Positions 53,511-64,000 of a stretch of 64,000 nucleotides of DNA are shown piece after piece (within the stretch, counting starts at the first letter, position 1; each line of letters begins with the position of its first letter). Under the pieces are notes generated by a model that saw only the letters and a list, made by a program, of their open reading frames with translations, was not told the DNA's origin and made no database searches. The position numbers and the translations under genes were made by a program. Source of the DNA: Epiperipatus broadwayi (Eukaryota; Animalia; Onychophora); the NCBI GenBank assembly GCA_028023455.1, contig JAQFVV010000007.1:10912001-10976000 (forward strand), in the 5' to 3' direction.

Positions 53511-53893
53511 TTCATTAAGAGAATAATAGAATTAATATATATATGACAATATTAGAATTAATATATATAAAGTAATTATTTTATTCTTATACAAGAGGAT
53601 GTAGCTGATAGTTTATTATTGGAAGAAATAATACTAATATTAACATAACGTGGAATATCATTTAACATATCTCTTGACATATGTAACATTCACAGTTTAC
53701 CAGTATTTACAATGATATTTTGGTTTACTAGATATGATATGTAACAAATTTTACATCTATTGCTAAATTTATGGTCTCTAATTTTTGTTCTGAAGACCTG
53801 AGATTAATTTGCCATATTTAACAGGGCTATCTGAAAGAATATGGAAAGAATAGATTATTACATTATGTATATTAGTTGACAATTTTATTTCTA

Positions 53894-55363
53894 CTAGCCA
53901 TACCCGACCACTCATTGCTGTGGCTCACTCTGGTTAAATGGAAAAGAAAGAAAAGAGAAAGTGCACATTTTTAATATGTTTAATTTTTGTGGGTATAAAA
54001 TATTTTTTGTTGTTCCATTGTCTGTGCAGATATAGAGATTGTCTGGTTTGCCAATTCTAGAACATGCAACATATAATTGTTCATGTGAGAAACAATCCAT
54101 GTCTAGATCTAAACTGCACAATTCTAAAGATTGGCCTTGTGCTTTTGTTGATAATGATTGCAAATGCCCATCGAATTGGGAATTGCAATCTCTTAAATTG
54201 AAATGGCATATCTGTTAGAATCATAGGAATGTGAGGAATGAGGACATTTTCACCTTTGAAAGGTCCTGTCAAAATTGTTGCTTTTATGACATTGTTCATT
54301 AATTTTTTTACTACAAGTCACATGCCATTGCAAAGCTTTGACTGCTTGATATTTTGCAACATGATAATTGGCATGCCGATTTTCAGTTGCAGTATGTGTG
54401 GTGGCATCCCTGGCAAATCGAGTGAATTCAAAAATTCTGTTGGATAATTAACCACTCCATCTGCTTCCACAGCAGTGTCGATGGACTTGTATGTGACTGC
54501 CTCACTTAGAATGTTAGACTGATAATATTGTTAAGTTCATAGACATTGTTGTTCTTGCTGCAAGAATAGCTCGTTCACTCAGACAATTATGATTCTTGTA
54601 ATTGGTTTGAATATTGGGAAATACTTTTTCAACCAATTCTTCTTTTGATGTCACTAAATTGCAGAAGTTATGAGGCAATGAAATGTGTCCTGAGGTCAGA
54701 TCAATTGCACCTTTCCATTTCCTAAATTTGACAATATCAGCAAGAAAGTTATAATAAAAACATATAAAATTGCAAAACATTAAAAAAAGGAAAAAAAAAC
54801 ACAAACTAAAAAACAAAGCAAAAGCAAAACAAAAAACAAAAAAATAAAAAATACTAACAAAATATTTCAATTCAAATGCAGATCAATCAACATAGCTGAA
54901 TTCCACCACTAATTGCACTGAAAAATAAGAAAAACAGTTAAAAAAAAAAAAGAAAAACAATGAAAAAAAAAACTATCTACTCATGAAATGAACACTATGG
55001 TAAATGACACAGCTCAATTCTTACACAATGTCACATGAAATAATTAAATCAAAATAAAAATAAATCGATATCTATGAAAATTCAATTTAACAATGCAATC
55101 AGAAATATTGAAATGGAAACGTAAAATATTTAGTATAGTGTGTGTTGCTTTTAACAGATACCACTGTTTTTTTTTAAAAAAGCATGTTTTTACCTGTCAC
55201 AGGTATGACATCTATATAATAGTAGGTATATAAATAGTAGGTATATACAAACACGCGCATATTTGAATGCAACATTGTGTCAAAATTTCAAAGCAATCAG
55301 TGAAGAACTTTCGGAGATTTAAGATTTTGAACGAATGAACATTTACATTTTTATTTATATAGA
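53894..55363 (-). mobile_element. Complete non-autonomous Helitron (internal deletion derivative)
   Basis: The minus strand starts A|TCTATATAAATAAAAATG and ends with a subterminal hairpin gccacagcaatgagtggtcgggtatggCTAG|T. The A|T target without TSD is the Helitron hallmark. Confidence 0.9.
53985..54725 (-). pseudogene. Helitron PIF1-like helicase C-terminal region (frameshifted)
   Basis: ISLPHNFCNLVTSKEELVEKVFPNI, LSERAILAA, ATILTGPFKGENVLIPHIP, FQFKRLQFPIRWAFAIIINK and QGQSLE...FSHEQLYVACSR (superfamily 1 helicase motifs V and VI). Confidence 0.92.
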
Positions 55364-57949
55364 TATTTATTCATATAACTAGCGGATTTTTTTTATTTAT
55401 AATTTTTCAATCTGGAATCAATTGAAAACATTTGTTCTTCAATAGGCCATCAGTCAGTTGTCTAACAGAATATAAATAAATTCTTCAAAGATTTTATAGT
55501 AAAATAATAACAAATACATAAATTAAAATGGCAAATGTTTATTTTAATTAGTATTAATGTTTTTGAAATACAATCATAATTCATATACTTGAAGTTTAAA
55601 TGTAATATAGGGATTTGAACCCTGACTTTCAAGCTTTCTTCTGCTATTCGCTCTATCTTATACAAACAATACACATGCATATATGTACAGTTAGAAAAAA
55701 TAAATAAATCATTAGTTGCTTAGGAGGTCATATGATGTTTGTACATCAGCAATGATAAGTTAACTTTTGATTCACGATTTTTTAATTTTCCAAATCCATT
55801 TCTCTACCACTATGACAAACTGCACAATACAAAAACAATAGGAAAGATAGTAGGTGGGTGATTGTATGATACTAGAACAATTATTAAAATGCAGTCACAA
55901 ACACAGCCCATATTTCTGTCTAACAAAGTAAACCGTTTAAGTAAAGTAAAAGATAATCTCAAAGCTTATTGTTGCAAAGATTGTAAGAAGTTTGAAGATC
56001 TTTAGCTCCAATATCTGCCATGCTATCATTACACCAAAGAATATAGGGCAGAATAATAGGATGGTTTATTGAATTTCAAGCTCCCAAAGTTACAGAACCA
56101 GCCAAAATTTATAAAATTTCAGGACCGGAGTCTGACACTCTACCAATCCATTAAAAATAAAATATAATTATATATTTGTATTAATTTTTTTTAAATAAAT
56201 AAAAAAAAGCTTGAAAACTGAAAATTATGAATATATCTTTTTATTTGCCCGAATATTGGTTATCGTATTTATTGATGATATAACTTGTTATTTTTTTTAT
56301 CCTTTCAAATTAAAATGTTTATTGCCATTAGTATATTTAATAAAATGTTTTTAGAAAATTTAATATCACTATGAAAAAAAAAAATAATGCCAAAAGATCT
56401 CATTTTTATTATCATTATTAGTTTTTTATATATTTTCTGATTCAGTTCAAATAAAAGAAAATCTACAGTGGAGCTTGAAGTAATTCATTTTCCTCTATTT
56501 AGAAGTTTTTTAAGATAGTTCATTCTCTTTTTTTCTATTGACCCTTTTTATTATTATTATTAGCTTTATTTTTTTCTCTTTATCATCTGTAGTAATATGT
56601 ATTTATTGTCACGAATATTGATCAAATTAAGTCAAGCATGGATTCTGTCATAATGCGACTGGGTGAAAATGCGATCAAATTTGTGTTTGCCTTCTTTTTT
56701 CAAAAACAATTTCCTGCTACATTATTAAAATTCTTCTGTCTTTCTCTTTACTCTTTTTTTTATATATATCTTATTTATTAAGAAAAAAGTCTTTTTTACA
56801 AATATATTTTTTAATTTCAAATGATAGTTTTAGGCATTTTTGGATTTATTTTTTGCCGTTGTTAGCAAACAAATAGCATTCAATTTATAATATACTTATT
56901 TATTTGTTCAGTAATATAAGTAAGTATTTACATGTATATCTCTATGTAAGTTGTAAATAAATTTTAAAAATATATACATATATATTGATATATTTATTCA
57001 TTTTTTTAAAGATCTACTTAAACATTCATTCCACTCTACATTCTTGAATCATATAAAAAAAACTCCCAAGATGCATTTCATGTTTTGACCCATATCATAA
57101 TCTCTTGTATAGAACTTCATAATTTGTTTTGTACTTATAATATCAAATTATTACGAGTGTCAATCTATAAGATAGTATGTTTTGGATCAACGGAAGGGTT
57201 CTGATTCGGCATGAAATGCACATTGGTCCTTTTTTATATGTTTCATTTATATGATTTAAAAAATAGATGGTGGAATGAAAGTACAAAAAAATCTAAAAAA
57301 ATAAATATATGTTATCATACGTGTACTTTTTTAAATGTAATACTTTATTTACATAGATATAATCTAGTCTATGAAAATTGTGCAGTTAGCACTCTCATTT
57401 GAGACATGTGAACACATTGTTTTTAGGAATATCAATATTTTTATAAAACAACTTTTATCAAACATTATAATTGATAATTTGAAATATGAATTTAATCAAA
57501 TAAAGACTGAATGATTATCTATGTACCAAAATTAAGTACTAAATGACTTTTTGGAAATGTTGTTATATTTTGAACCTTGTGAGTGTGAACCTCTTCACAT
57601 TAGAGATTTTCTGCTGGAGAATAATACTGTTGTAATTTGTGTAACTCTAGTACACAGTAAAGCCATGGACTATACTATACCTTGTTGTAAGCCCACCTTA
57701 CATTCAATGTATATAATAGTAGCTCATATTTTGTTGAAAACATTGATTAGAATAGAACCCACATTGTTTATTTAATTGTAAATGATCAGTAGTTTTCAAC
57801 ACACACACTCATATATATACCGTGGATGCTTTTTATATGTATAATATTCATATAAATTTATAGTACAAACAAAAATTTAAAAATAATATAATTAAAAATA
57901 ATAAATTGAGGGGATACACTTATGGATATTTTTATTGTGTGTCTACTCA

Positions 57950-58297
57950 TGCATTCACTGAAGCAACAAAAACAAGAAAGACAAATTACCTGACATCATC
58001 ACATTTTCAATGATATGGGTGTCTGAAGAGTTGGAGAGTGGCAGAGATTGAAGCCTGTCCATTAAAGTTTGAAAAATTGCTATGTTGATATAAACTGAGC
58101 ACTGATGATATATATGTGTGGGAGTTGATAATATGGACCAATTAATGAGTGCTGGTTTACACAAAATATATATCTTGGAGATCATTTATGTTCTTCGTAT
58201 TTGTGTTGCCATATGTATTGGTGGTTTGAAATAAAGTGGATAGCTAAAGAGAGCTTCAAAGTCTGTATTCAAATCCATATAATTACAATTAAACTCC
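57950..58297 (+). mobile_element. Family C copy with a degenerate hammerhead (~58136-58178)
   Basis: ggaccaattaatgagtgctggtttacacaaaatatatatcttgg, ending gtctgtattcaaatccatataattaca. Confidence 0.75.
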
Positions 58298-58984
58298 AGG
58301 TATTTAAAGTATGCCTGTATTTCAAATATTACATATTTTAATTTTAAAATAAATTGTGAAATGTTGTCTTTTGTAACTATTAGATGTGCTTCAGCCAATA
58401 TTCTTTTTGTTTTCAATATTTTTTCCTTATATGAACATTATAATAATTTTATTATCAAGAAATTAGGATCTCTCTACTAATTTTGATGTTTTTAAATTAA
58501 TATAACTTTTAGTATCTTTTAAAATTTTGTAAAACACCATTAAGCTCAGAAAATATTTTATGCTTCTATGGTCTTCATTTAAACCTGTTACATTTGTCAC
58601 AGGTGTCATATGTGTAGTACAGTTAAATAAAACAATAGGAAAGTTACAGGGTTGACATGTGATTACATGGCTGTGCATTTTTACATTCTGAAGTGTCTTT
58701 AATGTGTAGTGTACATTACTAATTTTTCTTGATAAGTTCTTTAAAAACACATTTTCTATGAAATAAATATACTTGCTATCAGACTATTTCTGACCAGGTA
58801 TTGGGTTATTGTTGGATGTGCCTTTCTACAAGCTGGATCTTTGCTTCATGTGTGCCCAGGTGGCAGCAAAAATATTTTATTACACAAAATGCAGTACATC
58901 AAATTTGGGAGGGATATTAAAGAATAATAAAATGTAAGTGCTTTCAACATAAACTTAAGAAATTTTATTAATATATACAATCAT

Positions 58985-59327
58985 ATAATTTAATATATCC
59001 AGCACACAATTCTTCTTTTCAAAATAGTTCATATATATTTAATATAGAAATAAAACAAACTAACTCCTTCTTTTTAAAACTTGATTTATTATGACTATAA
59101 TCATGAAAAAGAAATCCGACGTTTCGACTATTTTTTATAGTCTTTTTCAAAGCACACTAAAATAAAATATATATACACAATAAATATCACATATTCCAAA
59201 AAAAAAAAATTTTTTTTTTTTGGAATATGTGATATTTATTGTCGAAACGTCGGATTTCTTTTTCATGATTATAGTCATAATAAATCAAGTTTTAAAAAGA
59301 AGGAGTTAGTTTGTTTTATTTCTATAT
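58985..59327. mobile_element. Young foldback insertion (family E) with a 13-bp TSD and a variant hammerhead
   Basis: tatatacaatcat occurs at 58972-58984 and 59328-59340. The arms 59041-59128 and ~59241-59328 appear identical by eye. The centre is A12|T12. Confidence 0.85.
59115..59152 (-). ncRNA. Variant minimal hammerhead (TTGAAAA-type core)
   Basis: TTGAAAA-A-GACTAT-aaaaa-ATAGTC-GAAA-CG-TC-GG: perfect 6-bp stem II and palindromic ACGT stem III. The core is non-canonical and stem I is weak. Confidence 0.6.
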
Positions 59328-60622
59328 TATATACAATCATGTATGGTGCTCAGAAAAGGGAAATGGTGGCTGAATATTATAAAATATGCAAATTTTAATG
59401 ATTTTTTTGTTTAGTTATTTATATTTTTGTAGTCATATAGTTAGATATAATGTTGTTCAAGAAAGATCTCTTTTACTGCAGTTTTTGTCAATTTTTTTAA
59501 TATTTATCTAGGATTAAAAAATTAAATCATATATATAATATTCGACCAATTGCCTTTATTTATTTGAAGAATAATGAACTAAGCTCCCCCCCCCTTCTAA
59601 TAATTATTTTTTTCATGGACTATAATTTGGATTTGTATATTTAACTTGAATAAATGTAAGTATCTAAATTAAAGGTTGGTATATTTAAGTTGAAATAAAA
59701 GTGAGGTGTGTGTGTCCATAAATTAAATTAATTTATGGATGTATTCCATTGGTTTTTTTTTTAAGTTAAATATATCAAATCAAATTGGAGTCCAAAAACT
59801 GATGTTTTTGTTTTGTTTTGTGAATTGTTTCCCAAATTAAATAAAAAACATTTTTAATGAAATATTTTATATATATATATTGTTGCGTTTTCCGTTTTAC
59901 TTGACCACTATACGCCCCAAATATATATTTGAGCGTGAGTTGATCAAACTGTATCAAGAAAAAAAAGAAAGTTGTATTTCTATTCTTAACACAGCTATTT
60001 TTCCTGATCGACTCCGGCCTATTAATTGATTACGAATTTGTACCATAGACATAAATCAACTTTTAATTTTATTTCCTATGGGCGCCAGGATTCCTAAGAA
60101 TCCGCTGAAATATGCCGCCAGCACCTCTCGCAAATTGTAAAACAAAGAAAAATAAAAAGATCCTTTTATAATATTTTTATTTTGTACGGTAATTCTACCG
60201 TAATGAGAATTAATATTTTTTTTACGATTGTTAGCCCTGGCGTATTGAAACATATTGGCAAAGGTAACACACTTAAATCCTATTTCACTAAAATAAATCT
60301 AATAACAAAAATAATAACTTCTATTAATAACCACAATAAAAAAAAGTTGATAAAAGTATAATCTCTTTTATTCTAACAAAATAAAACATTTCTAGGTTAA
60401 ATATTGTTTAATACTTTGGAGAGAACACATTTAATTTAGGTGGAAAATATATAGAAAATATCAATATCATTTAAAATAAGCAAAAAGTTCTTGGTTAATT
60501 AAGAGTCTCTCATATAGAAATATAAAGTCACTATCGGGATTCCTTTTATAGCTATATTTTCACGAGTAGTTTTTTTTAACTATTTAACTTGGTCACAATC
60601 AGGGTTATTATTCTTAACTTAC

Positions 60623-60947
60623 CGGTAAGCTTTGTGAATTCACGAATGTTGTAGCGAACTATGCAAGTTTTCTGTAATAATGAGCTCGGCCGTTCGGTTC
60701 TTGCTTGTTCTTGTGGTCCATTTCCCAGTTGGTCACGAAGGCTTTTCCTGGGGTACATCATTAGGTCTGATGTTTTCAGGAGCTCAGTTCCTGCGACATT
60801 GCCGAATTCCTTCAGGTGACGAGTGATCTTGGACATATTAAATGTTATCCAAGACCAACTAGCGAAATAAAGCGAACAAGACCCTCCTTCAACCGGATCC
60901 CTCCTTTTTATATCCAGTTTTAGGGCTTCTCTGCATGCTCGTACCAT
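60623..60947 (-). CDS. Unassigned candidate coding exon
   Basis: The single long open frame lies in a CpG-retaining, higher-GC patch, starts at ggcATGG and is followed by a consensus donor CG|GTAAGT at 60622. I do not recognise the protein. Confidence 0.3.
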
Positions 60948-62216
60948 GCCTTTCTAATCTTATACAGTTTTTTAAAATTTTATGTACTAAAGTCTCTATT
61001 TTCTTATCAAGTTTTCGGCCATGTTTAATTAGCTAGAAATATTTTTCTTTTAGCTTATCTTTTTACTTGCTTTTGGAATTCTTTTTTGTTCTCTCCAATT
61101 ACGTTATTACTAATTAAAAAAATATCGAAGAATAATTTAACTTTCATTGTACGCTCTTAACAAAAATTATACTAATCAAAAAAAAATCGAAATTTACTTT
61201 TTTAGCTTTTACCAAATGCCAATATATTTGCAACATATATAAATAAATGTTACAATATATACATACATATATTATTTTTTACCTTTTAGTTATGGGATAT
61301 ATTGCAACAAACTTTTTGTGAATATTCATATTCAAATTTAAATACTAAGAATGTAAGCAATGCCAGTGTATTTATATTGTTTTTAAATTCAGTTCAAGCA
61401 TGTTGAAAATAATTTAAAAAATTTTTTGTTTACAAAGGCAATATTTTTAAAAATGCACAATTTAGTTACACAATTAAGAGAAATTGAGATTTAAGCTTTC
61501 ATTTGTCTTCCTATTTTAATTAACTGTAAATGCTTTTTAGTGAATATTCAGTTTTAGCATATTTTAAAAAAATATACCATCTAAAACATGTCACTGACAA
61601 TTTACTGAATTGATATCACGTGTTTTGAAATTTGGCCAATTAATACTGTTAGACTGGACAAATGTCTTGATGATCCTGAAATATTTTAGAGTCATTTTAC
61701 AATGTCATCAATATCTAATAAGTGTACAAAATTAGAAGGAAATCCATTCAATAGAAATGTGTTAAATTCACTTACAAAATTTAATTCTGACAAAAAACAA
61801 ACAGAATTTTTAAGTTAAATAAAAAATTTAAAATTATACAAAAGTTAGATAAAAGTGTTTAAAAATATGTAAACAAATATTCTCATTGTATTAAAATCCA
61901 GCTAGATATAATTACAACCATCAAAGATATTATTAACTTTGTAATAAGCTCCTACTACATTTTACTATGTTTAATTTCTTTCATTAAAAATATTCAACTA
62001 AATATGATTTTCAATGTATAATAGATTATGTATGTCTATTTTTTTATTTTGTATAAAGTATATGTAATATCAATTAAAATAAGTTCAATGTAAATATAAA
62101 GAATTAATCTAAATACAACTTTTTTATGCATTTAACATAATGCCAAAACATTTTATTATATTTAAACTTTCAAAATATCTGTGTTTCTGTTGTTCAACAT
62201 TCTTTTTAAAAGATTA

Positions 62217-62254
62217 CTGAAGAGGATTGTTACACAGTCAAAACTGTCAGCTAT
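62217..62254 (+). ncRNA. Solitary family-D-like hammerhead remnant
   Basis: CTGAAGA-G-GATTG-ttaca-CAGTC-AAAA-CTG-TC-AGCTAT. CAAAA is consistent with CpG decay of CGAAA. Confidence 0.5.
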
Positions 62255-63698
62255 TTTGAAAGTTTTAATAATATAAAGTATTGTACTCGAATTGTGTAAA
62301 GCACATGGAAGAATATATTGGTATTGTTTGCTTACATTACTATTAATATAGCCAATACAGCAGAAAAAGGAAAATATTTAATATTTATTAATTTAAATAC
62401 TGAAAAATAACTCCATTTTTAATTTGAGTTGGTCATTTTCTTTTAGCAATTATGAAGTTTGTTATAATACCCACTTATATGTAAATATTATTTAAAATGT
62501 ACAACTGACAACTGATTTTTTATGTAAAGTATTATAACTTTATCTTTCTGAAAAAGATAGCTGGGGCAATTGAAACTATCAATAGTGGGTTGTAGTTATA
62601 TAAAGCAATATAAAAGTAATAAAGAATGTAAATGATATGAATATTATATGACCTTCTATACTAAATGATTTAATAATAAATATTATTATTAAATGTAAAA
62701 GTTGAGAAGCAAGAGAAACATAAACATATCAAAGATTTATTTACCATTTCTGAGACATCATCATCTTTATTCATCAACAAATTGAGTTTATATGATAGGT
62801 ATATTGATTAGTAATGTTTTAGGAATTGTTATTAATATAAGAACAGTTGGATTTACTTATTATTAATTGATATCTCTCTAAACAGATGGCAAGAAGGATT
62901 TTCCAAATTACAACCATCTTAAATAATGATTAGTCAGTTTTTTGTAATGTGGTGTGGTAATTAAGCAGAAAATATTTTAAGCACTGTAATTGGAGATTAA
63001 ATATATCCATGTTTCTTTACATATATTTCCATCTGTGTTAATTATATATATATATATTTGAAGTTAACTTTATAAAGAAATGTTTATATTCTAAATTTTA
63101 CTCATTAAATAACTGTGACTTACTTAGGAACATAATAAAATTACTAATATATATATGTATAATTTTTTACAATGCTAGATAGTTCACAAATATAAATCAC
63201 TTGAAAGCAACATAAACTTATCTACACCATAAATTTTCAGTCAGTTGTCAAGGCAACTTGTAATAGTAAAACGTTCTCTATTTACTTATGAAAGTTGTGT
63301 TGGAAACAGATTGAAAATTTATCATTTAGGAAAGTTTGGGCCATTAACATGTGGTTTATACATATGCAAACATTAAAATATTTCATGATTTTTCTATATA
63401 TGTAAAAATCTAGATAAAATTTCAGCTATGATACAATCATGAAAGCAAACAATTAAACTGGTAATAGAAGCTGAAATCATGCTATCTAGTATTAAAAATA
63501 ATAGTACATGATATAACCAATATTAGACCAAAAAGGGGGGAAATCACTCTAGATTGGAGACCCATGGTCAGTCAGAAATAGATACTCTGAAAGTGTAAAA
63601 ATTTGAAATATAATCACTTCTTTAAATTTTCACAAGCAGTTGAAATACCCCCCCAAAAAGATAATATTTTAAAGATTTTCATTAACTCTTAAGATGTT

Positions 63699-63930
63699 AT
63701 ATTTCTGTAGGGTAATTTTCACTACATGACTCTCACACAAAGTAGGAACTGGTTTCTATTCACTTTGAAAATCTTGCATAGGGGTGTAATTAGAAATATA
63801 TTACCAATCACATGTGAATAAGATGTATGATTCACAAGATGCACACTTCCCACAGGGTGTTAAAAGTGAATAGAAACCAGTCCTTATATGCATGAACGTT
63901 ATGTAGTGAGAAATTACACTACAGAAATAT
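63699..63930. mobile_element. Small foldback/MITE with ~68-bp inverted arms
   Basis: atatttctgtagggtaattttcactaca...ctggtttctattcacttt versus aaagtgaatagaaaccag...tgtagtgagaaattacactacagaaatat. Confidence 0.75.
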
Positions 63931-64000
63931 TATTCCTTAAATGGATAATCTCTAGTCTAATGAATAACTAATAAAAATTATTAATATAATGCTTTAGATG

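Noticed and set aside
1-64000. Autonomous Penelope RT/GIY-YIG ORF
   Set aside because: All RT remnants found have LINE-type motifs and no GIY-YIG motif was seen, so any mobilising partner must lie outside the window.

Overview
Very AT-rich, CpG-depleted animal (probably invertebrate/arthropod) genomic DNA. I found no confidently identifiable host gene, and almost all ORFs in the track are chance ORFs or transposon debris. Recognisable TE remnants are: a near full-length decayed APE-RT LINE with two extra 3' fragments, Ingi-like, RTE/BovB-like and Tx1/L1-like LINE pieces, a LINE ORF1 zinc-knuckle remnant, a complete non-autonomous Helitron carrying the C-terminal part of a PIF1 helicase, mariner remnants, MITEs, a TIR element with TTAGGG-like repeats, a tRNA-derived SINE head and a retroposed 5S rRNA copy. 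The main unexpected signal is that five to six unrelated short repeat families each carry a type I minimal hammerhead ribozyme motif (CTGANGA or variant / stem II / GAAA / short palindromic stem III / NTH). Where these families occur as inverted pairs, the pairs are outward-facing. One family also occurs as ~450-bp tandem monomers. This matches non-autonomous Penelope-like pseudo-LTRs or retrozymes, but no Penelope RT/GIY-YIG gene was seen in the window. All ribozyme calls come from by-eye motif and folding inspection, and activity is untested.
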